Shown here: piece after piece, positions 1-13,639 of the stretch
Position numbering within the stretch: the stretch's first letter is position 1
Layout of the letters: the number at the start of each line of letters is the position of its first letter
NCBI RefSeq assembly: GCF_009914755.1
Contig: NC_060925.1
DNA: 64,000 bases
DNA from: the human T2T-CHM13v2.0 reference genome, Homo sapiens
Reading direction: 5' to 3' (one strand)
Program-made: the position numbers and the translations under genes
The notes under the pieces: generated by a model
Database searches by the model: none
Told to the model about the DNA's origin: nothing
What the model saw: the letters and a program-made list of their open reading frames with translations, nothing else

Positions 1-708
1 GCTAATGGAATCAACATCGAATGAATCAAATGGAAACACCATCGAATTGAAACGAATGGAATTACCATGAAATTGAAATGGATGGACTCATCATCAAATG
101 GATTCGAATGGAATCATCGAATAAAATTGATTGAAATCATCATCGAATGGAATCGAATGGTATCATTGAATGGAATCGAATGGAATCATCATCAGATGGA
201 AATGAATGGAATCGTCATAGAATGGAATCGAATGGATTCATTGAATGGAATCAGATGGAATCATTGAATGGACTGGAATGGAATCATTGAATGGACTCGA
301 AAGGGATCATTATTGAATGGAATTGAATGGAATCATCGAATGGTCTCGATTGGAATCATTATCAAATGGAATCGAATGGAATCACCGAATAGAATCGAAT
401 GGAACAATCATCGAATGGACTCAAATGGAATTATCCTCCAATGGAATCGAATGGAATTATCGAATGCAATCGAATGGAATTATCGAATGCAATCGAATAG
501 AATCATCGAATGGACTCGAATGGAATCATCGAATGGAATGATGGAACAGTCAATGAACTCGAATGGAATCATCATTGAATGGAATCGAATGGAATCATCG
601 AGTGGAATCGAAAGGAATTATGACCAAATGGAATCGAATGTAATCATCATCAAATGGAATCCAAAATAACCATCATCAATTGGTATTGAATGGAATTGTC
701 ATCAAATG

Positions 709-714
709 GAATTC
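709..714. other. Once-per-unit EcoRI site (GAATTC in AATGGAATTCAAAGG), first occurrence
   Basis: Seen directly, and recurs at the equivalent position in each full-length core. It is absent from truncated cores and mutated to GCAATTC at ~56762. Confidence 0.85.
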
Positions 715-2282
715 AAAGGAATCATCATCAAATAGAACCGCATGGAATCCTCATTGAATGGAAATGAAAGGGGTCATCATCTAATGGAATCGCATGGAAT
801 CATCATCAAATGGAATCGAATGGAATCATCATCAAATGGAATCAAATGGAATCATTGAACAGAATTGAATGGAATGGTCATCGAATGAGTTGAATGCAAT
901 CATCTAATGGTCTCGAATGGAATCATCTTCTAATGGAAAGGAATGGAATCATCGCATAGAATCGAATGGAATTATCATCGAATGGAATCGAATGGTATCA
1001 ACACCAAACGGAAAAAAACGGAATTATCGAATGGAATCGAAGAGAATCTTCGAACGGACCCGAATGGAATCATCTAATGGAATGGAATGGAATAATCCAT
1101 GGACTCGAATGCAATCATCATCGAATGGAATCGAATGGAATCATCGAATGGACTCGAATGGAATAATCATTGAACGGAATCGAATGGAATCATCATCGGA
1201 TGGAAACGAATGGAATCATCATCGAATGGAAATGAAAGGAGTCATCATCTAATGGAATTGCATGGAATCATCATAAAATGGAATCGAATGGAATCAACAT
1301 CAAATGGAATCAAATGGAATCATTCAACGGAATTGAATGGAATCGTCATCGAATGAATTGAATGCAATCATCGAATGGTCTCGAATGGAATCATCTTCAA
1401 ATGGAATGGAATGGAATCATCGCATAGAATCGAATGGAATTATCATCGAATGGAATCGAATGGAATCAACATCAAACGGAAAAAAACGGAATTATCGAAT
1501 GGAATCGAAGAGAATCATCGAATGGACCCGAATGGAATCATCTAATGGAATGGAATGGAATAATCCATGGACTCGAATGCAATCATCATCGAATGGAATC
1601 GAATGGAATCATCGAATGGACTCGAATGGAATAATCATTGAACGGAATCGAATGGAATCATCATCGGATGGAAATGAAAGGAGTCATCATCTAATGGAAT
1701 TGCATGGAATCATCATAAAATGGAATCGAATGGAATCAACATCAAATGGAATCAAATGGAATCATTGAACGGAATTGAATGGAATCGTCATCGAATGAAT
1801 TGAATGCAATCATCGAATGGTCTCGAATGGAATCATCTTCAAATGGAATGGAATGGAATCATCGCATAGAATCGAATGGAATTATCATCGAATGGAATCG
1901 AATGGAATCAACATCAAACGGAAAAAAACGGAATTATCGAATGGAATCGAAGAGAATCATCGAATGGACCCGAATGGAATCATCTAATGGAATGGAATGG
2001 AATAATCCATGGACTCGAATGCAATCATCATCGAATGGAATCGAATGGAATCATTGAATGGACTCGAATGGAATAATCATTGAACGGAATCGAATGGAAT
2101 CATCATCGGATGGAAATGAATGGAATCATCATCGAATGGAATCGAATAGAATTATGGAATGAAATCCAGTGTGATCATCATCGAATGGACCCGAATGGAA
2201 TCATCATCCAACGGAAGCTAATGGAATCAACATCGAATGAATCAAATGGAAACACCATCGAATTGAAACGAATGGAATTACC

Positions 2283-4058
2283 ATGAAATTGAAATGGATG
2301 GACTCATCATCAAATGGATTCGAGTGGAATCATCGAATAAAATTGATTGAAATCATCATCGAATGGAATCGAATGGTATCATTGAATGGAATCGAATGGA
2401 ATCATCATCAGATGGAAATGAAAGGAATCGTCATAGAATGGAATCGAATGGATTCATTGAATGGAATCAGATGGAATCATTGAATGGACTGGAATGGAAT
2501 CATTGAATGGACTCGAAACGGATCATTATTGAATGGAATTGAATGGAATCATCGAATGGTCTCGATTGGAATCATTATCAAATGGAATCGAATGGAATCA
2601 CCGAATAGAATCGAATGGAACAATCATCGAATGGACTCAAATGGAATTATCCTCAAATGGAATTGAATGGAATTATCGAATGCAATCGAATGGAATTATC
2701 GAATGCAATCGAATAGAATCATCGAATGGACTCGAATGGAATCATCGAATGGAATGGAATGGAACAGTCAATGAACTCGAATGGAATCATCATTGAATGG
2801 AATCGAATGGAATCATCGAGTGGAATCGAATGTAATCATCATCAAATGGAATCAAAAATAACCATCATCAAATGGAATCAAAAATAACAATCATCAATTG
2901 GTATTGAATGGAATTCTCATCAAATGGAATTCAAAGGAATCATCATCAAATGGAACCGAATGGAATCCTCATTGAATGGAAATGAAAGGGGTCATCATCT
3001 AATGGAATCGCATGGAATCATCATCAAATGGAATCGAATGGAATCATCATCAAATGGAATCTAATGGAATCATTGAAAAGAATTGAATGGAATCGTCATC
3101 GAATGAATTGAATGCAATCATCGAATGGTCTCGAATGGAATCATCTTCTAATGGAAAGGAATGGAATCATCGCATAGAATCGAATGGAATTAACATTGAA
3201 TGGAATCGAATGGAATCAACATCAAATGGAATCAAGCGGAATTATCGAATGAAATCGAAGAGAATCATCGAATGGACTCGAATGGAATCATCTAATGGAA
3301 TGGAATGGAATAATCCACGGACTCGAATGCAATCATCATCGTATAGAATCGAATGGAATCATCGAATGGACTCGAATGGAATAACCATTGAACGGAATCG
3401 AATGGAATCATCATCGGATGGAAACGAATGGAATCATCATCGAATGGAAATGAAAGGAGTCATCATCTAATGGAATTGTATGGAATCATCATAAAATGGA
3501 ATCGAATGGAATCATCATCAAATGGAATCAAATGGAAGCATTGAACGGAATTGAATGGAATCGTCATCGAATGAATTGAATGCAATCATCGAATGGTCTC
3601 GAATGGAATCATCTTCAAATGGAATGGAATGGAATCATCGCATAGAATCGAATGGAATTATCATCGAATGGAATCGAATGGTATCAACATCAAACGGAAA
3701 AAAACGGAATTACCGAATGGAATCGAAGAGAATCTTCGAACGGACCCGAATGGAATCATCTAATGGAATGGAATGGAATAATCCATGGACTGGAATGCAA
3801 TCATCATCGAATGGAATCGAATGGAATCATCGAATGGACTCGAATGGAATAATCATTGAACGGAATCGAATGGAATCATCATCGAATGGAAACGAATGGA
3901 ATCATCATCGAATGGAATCGAATAGAATTATGGAATGAAATCCAGTGTGATCATCATCGAATGGACCCGAATGGAATCATCATCCAACGGAAGCTAATGG
4001 AATCAACATCGAATGAATCAAATGGAAACACCATCGAATTGAAACGAATGGAATTACC
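2283..4058 (+). repeat. Representative 1776-bp HSat2A-type repeat unit (core plus two ~468-bp subrepeats)
   Basis: Anchor ATGAAATTGAAATGGATGG recurs at 2283, 4059 and 5835. A 1776 spacing is also seen for 9360-11136, 18647-20423, 23949-25725, 30993-32769, 34077-35853, 56119-57895 and 59203-60979. The length matches the known 1.77-kb chr1 satellite II unit. Confidence 0.9.
3087..3554 (+). repeat. 468-bp internal subrepeat (representative copy)
   Basis: Motif ATGGAATCGTCATCGAATGAATTGAATGCAATC recurs 468 bp apart (3087/3555, 15015/15483, 19451/19919, 31797/32265, 37964/38432, 60007/60475). Confidence 0.92.
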
Positions 4059-7000
4059 ATGAAATTGAAATGGATGGACTCATGATCAAATGGATTCGAA
4101 TGGAATCATCGAATAAAATTGATTGAAATCATCATCGAATGGAATCGAATGGTATCATTGAATGGAATCGAATGGAATCATCATCAGATGGAAATGAATG
4201 GAATCGTCATAGAATGGAATCGAATGGATTCATTGAATGGAATCAGATGGAATCATTGAATGGACTGGAATGGAATCATTGAATGGACTCGAAAGGGATC
4301 ATTATTGAATGGAATTGAATGGAATCATCGAATGGTCTCGATTGGAATCATTATCAAATGGAATCGAATGGAATCACCGAATAGAATCGAATGGAACAAT
4401 CATTGAATGGACTCAAATGGAATTATCCTCCAATGGAATCGAATGGAATTATCGAATGCAATCGAATGGAATTATCGAATGCAATCGAATAGAATCATCG
4501 AATGGACTCGAATGGAATCATCGAATGGAATGGAATGGAACAGTCAATGAACTCGAATGGAATCATCATTGAATGGAATCGAATGGAATCATCGAGTGGA
4601 ATCGAATGGAATTATGATCAAATGGAGTCGAATGTAATCCTCATCAAATGGAATCAAAAATAACCATCATCAATTGGTATTGAATGGAATTGTCATCAAA
4701 TGGAATTCAAAGGAATCATCATCAAATGGAACCGAATGGAATCCTCATTGAATGGAAATGAAAGTGGTCATCATCTAATGGAATCGCATGGAATCATCAT
4801 CAAATGGAATCGAATGGAATCATCATCAAATGGAATCTAAGGGAATCATTGAACAGAATTGAATGGAATCGTCATCGAATGAATTGAATGCAATCATCGA
4901 ATGGTCTCGAATGGAATCATCTTCAAATGGAAAGGAATGGAATCATCGCATAGAATCGAATGGAATTATCATCGAATGGAATCCAATGGTATCAACATCA
5001 AACGGAAAAAAACGGAATTATGGAATGGAATCGAAGAGAATCTTCGAACGGACCCGAATGGAATCATCTAATGGAATGGAATGGAATAATCCATGGACTC
5101 GAATGCAATCATCATTAAATGGAATCGAATGGAATCATCGAATGGACTCGAATGGAATAATCATTGAACGGAATCGAATGGAATCATCATCGGATGGAAA
5201 CGAATGGAATCATCATCGAATGGAAATGAAAGGAGTCATCATCTAATGGAATTGCATGGAATCATCATAAAATGGAATCGAATGGAATCAACATCAAATG
5301 GAATCAAATGGAATCATTGAACGGAATTGAATGGAATCGTCATCGAATGAATTGACTGCAATCATCGAATGGTCTCGAATGGAATCATCTTCAAATGGAA
5401 TGGAATGGAATCATCGCATAGAATCGAATGGAATTATCATCGAATGGATTCGAATGGAATCAACATCAAACGGAAAAAAACGGAATTATCGAATGGAATC
5501 GTAGGGAATCATCGAATGGACCCGAATGGAATCATCTAATGGAATGGAATGGAATAATCCATGGACTCGAATGCAATCATCATCGAATGGAATCGAATGG
5601 AATCATCGAATGGACTCGAATGGAATAATCATTGAACGGAATCGAATGGAATCATCATCGGATGGAAATGAATGGAATCATCATCGAATGGAATCGAATA
5701 GAATTATGGAATGAAATCCAGTGTGATCATCATCGAATGGACCCGAATGGAATCATCATCCAACGGAAGCTAATGGAATCAACATCGAATGAATCAAATG
5801 GAAACACCATCGAATTGAAACGAATGGAATTACCATGAAATTGAAATGGATGGTCTCATCATCAAATGGATTCGAGTGAAATCATCGAATAAAATTGATT
5901 GAAATCATCATCAAATGGAATCGAATGGTATCATTGAATGGAATCGAATGGAATCATCATCAGATGGAAATGAAAGGAATCGTCATAGAATGGAATCAAA
6001 TGGATTCATTGAATGGAATCAGATGGAATCATTGAATGGACTGGAATGGAATCATTGAATGGACTCGAAAGGGATCATTATTGAATGGAATTGAATGGAA
6101 TCATCGAATGGTCTCGATTGGAATCATTATCAAATGGAATCGAATGGAATCACCGAATAGAATCGAATGGAACAATCATCGAATGGACTCAAATGGAATT
6201 ATCCTCAAATGGAATTGAATGGAATTATCAAATGCAATCGAATGGAATTATCGAATGCAATCGAATAGAATCATCGAATGGACTCGAATGGAATCATCGA
6301 ATGGAATGGAATGGAACAGTCAATGAACTCGAATGGAATCATCATTAAACGGAATCGAATGAAATCATCGAGTGGAATCGAAAGTAATCATCATCAAATG
6401 GAATCAAAAATAACCATCATCAAATGGAATCAAAAATAACCACCATCAATTGGTATTGAATGGAATTCTCATCAAATGGAATTCAAAGGAATCATCATCA
6501 AATGGAACCGAATGGAATCCTCATTGAATGGAAATGAAAGGGGTCATCATCTAATGGAATCGCATGGAATCATCATAAAATGGAATCGAATGGAATCAAC
6601 ATCAAATGGAATCAAATGGAATCATTGAACGGAATTGAATGAATCGTCATCGAATGAATTGAATGCAATCATCGAATGGTCTCGAATGGAATCATCTTCA
6701 AATGGAATGGAATGGAATCATCGCATAGAATCGAATGGAATTATCATCGAATGGAATCGAATGGAATCAACATCAAACGGAAAAAAACGGAATTATCGAA
6801 TGGAATCGAAGAGAATCATCGAATGGACCCGAATGGAATCATCTAATGGAATGGAATGGAATAATCCATGGACTCGAATGCAATCATCATCGAATGGAAT
6901 CGAATGGAATCATCGAATGGACTCGAATGGAATAATCATTGAACGGAATCGAATGGAATCATCATCGGATGGAAATGAATGGAATCATCATCGAATGGAA

Positions 7001-10000
7001 TCGAATAGAATTATGGAATGAAATCCAGTGTGATCATCATCGAATGGACCCGAATGGAATCATCATCCATCGGAAGCAAATGGAATCAACATCGAATGAA
7101 TCGAATGGAAACACCATCGAATTGAAACGAATGGAATTATCATGAAATTGAAATGGATGGACTCATCATCGAATGGATTCGAATGGAATCATCGAATAAA
7201 ATTGATTGAAATCATCATCCAATGGAATCGAATGGTATCATTGAATGGAATCGAATGGAATCATCATCAGATGGAAATGAATGGAATCGTCATAGAATGG
7301 AATCGAATGGATTCATTGAATGGAATCAGATGGAATCATCGAATGGACTGGAATGGAATCATTGAATGGACTCGAAAGGGATCATTATTGAATGGAATTG
7401 AATGGAATCATCGAATGGTCTCGATTGGAATCATTATCAAATGGAATCGAATGGAATCACCGAATAGAATCGAATGGAACAATCATCGAATGGACTCAAA
7501 TGGAATTATCCTCAAATGGAATCGAATGGAATTATCGAATGCAATCGAATGGAATTATCGAATGCAATCGAATAGAATCATCGAATGGACTCGAATGGAA
7601 TCATCGAATGGAATGGAATGGAAAAGTCAATGAACACGAATGGAATCATCACTGAATGGAATCGAATGGAATCATCGAGTGGAATCGAATGGAATTATGA
7701 TCAAATGGAATCGAATGTAATCATCATCAAATGGAATCAAAAATAACCATCATCAATTGGTATTGAATGGAATTGTTATCAAATGGAATTCAAAGGAATC
7801 ATCATCAAATGGAACTGAATGGAATCCTCATTGAATGGAAATGAAAGGGGTCATCATCTAATGGAATAGCATGGAATAATAATCAAATGGAATCGAATGA
7901 AATCATCATCAAATTGAATCTAATGGAAACATTGAACAGAATTGAATGGAATCGTCATCGAATGAATTGAATGCAATCATCGAATGGTCTCGAATGGAAT
8001 CATCTTCTAATGGAAAGGAATGGAATCATCGCATAGAATCGAATGGAATTAACATTGAATGGAATCGAATGGAATCAACATCAAATGGAATCAAGCGGAA
8101 TTATCGAATGAAATCGAAGAGAATCATCAAATGAACTCGAATGGAATCATCTAATGGAATGGAAAGGAATAATCCACGGACTCGAATGCAATCATCATCG
8201 TATAGAATCGAATGGAATCATCGAATGGACTCGAATGGAATAACCATTGAACGGAATCGAATGGAATCATCATCGGATGGAAACGAATGGAATCATCATC
8301 GAATGGAAATGAAAGGAGTCATCATCTAATGGAATTGCATGGAATCATCATAAAATGGAATCGAATGGAATCAACATCAAATGGAATCAAATGGAATCAT
8401 TGAACGGAATTGAATGGAATCGTCATCGAATAAATTGAATGCAATCATCGAATGGTCTCGAATGGAATCATCTTCAAATGGAATGGAATGGAATCATCGC
8501 ATAGAATCGAATGGAATTATCATCGAATGGAATCGAATGGAATCAACATCAAACGGAAAAAAACGGAATTATCGAATGGAATCGAAGAGAATCATCGAAT
8601 GGACCCGAATGGAATCATCTAATGGAATGGAATGGAATAACCCATGGACTCGAATGCAATCATCATCGAATGGAATCGAATGGAATCATCGAATGGACTC
8701 GAATGGAATAATCATTGAACGGAATCGAATGGAATCATCATCGGATGGAAATGAAAGGAGTCATCATCTAATGGAATTGCATGGAATCATCATAAAATGG
8801 AATCGAATGGAATCAACATCAACTGGAATCAAATGGAATCATTGAACGGAATTGAATGGAATCGTCATCGAATGAATTGAATGCAATCATCGAATGGTCT
8901 CGAATGGAATCATCTTCAAATGGAATGGAATGGAATCATCGCATAGAATCGAATGGAATTATCATCGAATGGAATCGAATGGAATCAACATCAAACGGAA
9001 AAAAACGGAATTATCGAATGGAATCGAAGAGAATCATCGAATGGACCCGAATGGAATCATCTAATGGAATGGAATGGAATAATCCATGTACTCGAATGCA
9101 ATCATCATCGAATGGAATCGAATGGAATCATCCAATGGACTCGAATGGAATAATCATTGAACGGAATCGAATGGAATCATCATCGGATGGAAATGAATGG
9201 AATCATCATCGAATGGAATCGAATAGAATTATGGAATGAAATCCAGTGTGATCATCATCGAATGGACCCGAATGGAATCATCATCCAACGGATGCTAATG
9301 GAATCAACATCGAATGAATCAAATGGAAACACCATCGAATTGAAACGAATGGAATTACCATGAAATTGAAATGGATGGACTCATCATCGAATGGATTCGA
9401 AAGGAATCATCGAATAAAATTGATTGAAATCATCATCGAATGGAATCGAATGGTATCATTGAATGGAATCGAATGGAATCATCATCAGATGGAAATGAAT
9501 GGAATCGTCATAGAATGGAATCGAATGGATTCATTGAATGGAATCAGATGGAATCATCGAATGGACTGGAATGGAATCATTGAATGGACTCGAAAGGGAT
9601 CATGATTGAATGGAATTGAATGGAATCATCGAATGGTCTCGATTGGAATCATTATCAAGTGGAATCGAATGGAATCACCGAATAGAATCGAATGGAACAA
9701 TCATCGAATGGACTCAAATGGAATTATCCTCAAATGGAATCGAATGGAATTATCAAATGCAATCGAATGGAATTATCGAATGCAATCGAATAGAATCATC
9801 GAATGGACTCGAATGGAATCATCGAATGGAATGGAATGGAACAGTCAATGAACTCGAATGGAATCATCATTCAATGGAATCGAATGGAATCATTGAGTGG
9901 AATCGAATGGAATTATGATCAAATGGAATCTAATGTAATCATCATCAAATGGAATCAAAAATAACCATCATCAATTGGTGTTGAATGGAATTGTCATCAA

Positions 10001-13000
10001 ATGGAATTCAAAGGAAACATCATCAAATGGAACCGAATGGAATCCTCATTGAATGGAAATGAAAGGGGTCATCATCTAATGGAATCGCATGGAATCATCA
10101 TCAAATGGAATCGAATGGAATCATCATCAAATGGAATCTAATGGAATCATTGAACAGAATTGAATGGAATCGTCATCGAATGAATTGAATGCAATCATCG
10201 AATGGTCTCGAATGGAACCATCTTCTAATGGAAAGGAATGGAATCATCGCATAGAATCGAATGGAATTGTCATCGAATGGAATCGAATGGTATCAACACC
10301 AAACGGAAAAAAACGGAATTATCGAATGGAATAGAAGAGAATCTTCGAACGGACCCGAATGGAATCATCTAATGGAATGGAATGGAATAATCCATGGACT
10401 CGAATGCAATCATCATCGAATGGAATCGAATGGAATCATCGAATGGACTCGAATGGAATAATCATTGAACGGAATCGAATGGAATCATCATCGGACGGAA
10501 ACGAATGGAAACATCATCGAATGGGAATGAAAGGAGTCATCATCTAATGGAATTGCATGGAATCATCATAAAATGGAATCGAATGGAATCAACATCAAAT
10601 GGAATCAAATGGAATCATTGAACAGAATTGAATGGAATCGTCATCGAATGAATTGAATGCAATCATCGAATGGTCTCGAATGGAATCATCTTCTAATGGA
10701 AAGGAATGGAATCATCGCATAGAAACGAATGGAATTATCATCGAATGGAATCGAATGGTATCAACACCAAACGGAAAAAAACGGAATTATCGAATGGAAT
10801 CGAAGAGAATCTTCGAACGGACCCGAATGGAATCATCTAATGGAATGGAATGGAATAATCCATGGACTCGAATGCAATCATCATCGAATGGAATCGAATG
10901 GAATCATCGAATGGACTCGAATGGAATAATCATTGAACGGAATCGAATGGAATCATCATCGGATGGAAATGAATGGAATCATCATCGAATGGAATCGAAT
11001 AGAATTATGGAATGAAATCCAGTGTGATCATCATCGAATGGACCCGAATGGAATCATCATCCAACGGAAGCTAATGGAATCAACATCGAATGAATCAAAT
11101 GGAAACACCATCGAATTGAAACGAATGGAATTACCATGAAATTGAAATGGATGGACTCATCATCGAATGGATTCGAATGGAATCATCGAATAAAATTGAT
11201 TGAAATCATCATCGAATGGAATCGAATGGTATCATTGAATGGAATCGAATGGAATCATCATCAGATGGAAATGAATGGAATCGTCATAGAATGGAATCGA
11301 ATGGATTCACTGAATGGAATCAGATGGAATCATCGAACGGACTGGAATGGAATCATTGAATGGACTCGAAAGGGATCATGATTGAATGGAATTGAATGGA
11401 ATCATCGAATGGTCTCGATTGGAATCATTATCAAATGGAATCGAATGGAATCACCGAATAGAATCGAATGGAACAATCATCGAATGGACTCAAATGGAAT
11501 TATCCTCAAATGGAATCGAATGGAATTATTGAATGCAATCGAATGGAATTATCGAATGCAATCGAATAGAATCATCGAATGGACTCGAATGGAATCATCG
11601 AATGGAATGGAACGGAACAGTCAATGAACTCGAATGGAATCATCATTGAATGGAATCGAATGGAATCATCGAGTAGAATCGAATGGAATTATGATCAAAT
11701 GGAATCGAATGTAATCATCATCAAATGGAATCAAAAATAACCATCATCAATTGGTATTGAATGGAATTGTCATCAAATGGAATTCAAAGGAATCGTTCAT
11801 CAAATGGAACCGAATGGAATCCTCATTGAATGGAAATGAAAGGGGTCATCATCTAATGGAATCGCATGGAATCATCATCAAATTGAATCGAATGGAATCA
11901 TCATCAAATGGAATCTAATGGAATCATTGAACAGAATTGAATGGAATCGTCATCGAATGAATTGAATGCAATCATCGAATGGTCTCGAATGGAATCATCT
12001 TCTAATGGAAAGGAATGGAATTATCGCATAGAAACGAATGGAATTATCATCGAATGGAATCGAATGGTATCAACACCAAAAGGAAAAAAACGGAATTATC
12101 GAATGGAATCGAAGAGAATCTTCGAACGGACCCGAATGGAATCATCTAATGGAATGGAATGGAATAATCCATGGACTCGAATGCAATCATCATCGAATGG
12201 AATCGAATGGAATCATCGAATGGAATAATCATTGAACGGAATCGAATGGAATCATCATCGGATGGAAACGAATGGAATCATCATCGAATGGAAATGAAAG
12301 GAGTCATCATCTAATGGAATTGCATGGAATCATCATAAAATGGAATCGAATGGAATCAACATCAAATGGAATCAAATGGAATCATTGAACGGAATTGAAT
12401 GGAATCGTCATCGAATAAATTGAATGCAATCATCGAATGGTCTCGAATGGAATCATCTTCAAATGGAATGGAATGGAATCATCGCATAGAATCGAATGGA
12501 ATTATCATCGAATGGAATCGAATGGAATCAACATCAAACGGAAAAAAACGGAATTATCGAATGGAATGGAAGAGAATCATCGAATGGACCCGAATGGAAT
12601 CATCTAATGGAATGGAATGGAATAACCCATGGACTCGAATGCAATCATCATCGAATGGAATCGAATGGAATCATCGAATGGACTCGAATGGAATAATCAT
12701 TGAACGGAATCGAATGGAATCATCATCGGAAGGAAATGAATGGAATCGTCATCGAATGGAATCGAATAGAATTATGGAATGAAATCCAGTGTGATCATCA
12801 TCGAATGGACCTGAATGGAATCATCATCCAACGGAAGCTAATGGAATCAACATCGAATGAATCAAATGGAAACACCATCGAATTGAAACGAATGGAATTA
12901 CCATGAAATTGAAATGGATGGACTCATCATCAAATGGATTTGAGTGGAATGATCGAATAAAATTGATTGAAATCATCATCGAATGGAATCGAATGGTATC

Positions 13001-13639
13001 ATTGAATGGAATCGAATGGAATCATCATCAGATGGAAATGAAAGGAATCGTCATAGAATAGAATCGAATGGATTCATTGAATGGAATCAGATGGAATCAT
13101 TGAATGGACTGGAATGGAATCATTGAATGGACTCGAAAGGGATCATTATTGAATGGAATTGAATGGAATCATCGAATGGTCTCGATTGGAATCATTATCA
13201 AATGGAATCGAATGGAATCACCGAATAGAATCGAATGGAACAATCATCGAATGGACTCAAATGGAATTATCCTCAAATGGAATTGAATGGAATTATCGAA
13301 TGCAATCGAATGGAATTATCGAATGCAATCGAATAGAATCATCGAATGGACTCGAATGGAATCATCGAATGGAATGGAATGGAACAGTCAATGAACTCGA
13401 ATGGAATCATCATTGAACGGAATCGAATGGAATCATCGAGTGGAATCGAATGTAATCATCATCAAATGGAATCAAAAATAACCATCATCAAATGGAATCA
13501 AAAATAACCATCATCAATTGGTATTGAATGGAATTCTCATCAAATGGAATTCAAAGGAATCATCATCAAATGGAACCGAATGGAATCCTCATTGAATGGA
13601 AATGAAAGGGGTCATCATCTAATGGAATCGCATGGAATC

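Noticed and set aside
535-545. Isolated 1-2 bp indels (also ~6640, ~11795, ~37616)
   Set aside because: These singletons may be private mutations or consensus errors. They are useful as mapping markers only.
1009-1022. CGGAAAAAAACGG A-tract as a terminator, polyA remnant or slippery site
   Set aside because: It is a fixed variant of a satellite monomer at the same position in most cassettes, with no hairpin or gene context.
1038-1055. GAAGAGAATCTTCGAA as a heat-shock element
   Set aside because: Only two properly inverted nGAAn units are present. Such matches are expected by chance in GAA-rich DNA, and HSF1 stress bodies are established for HSat3 rather than HSat2.
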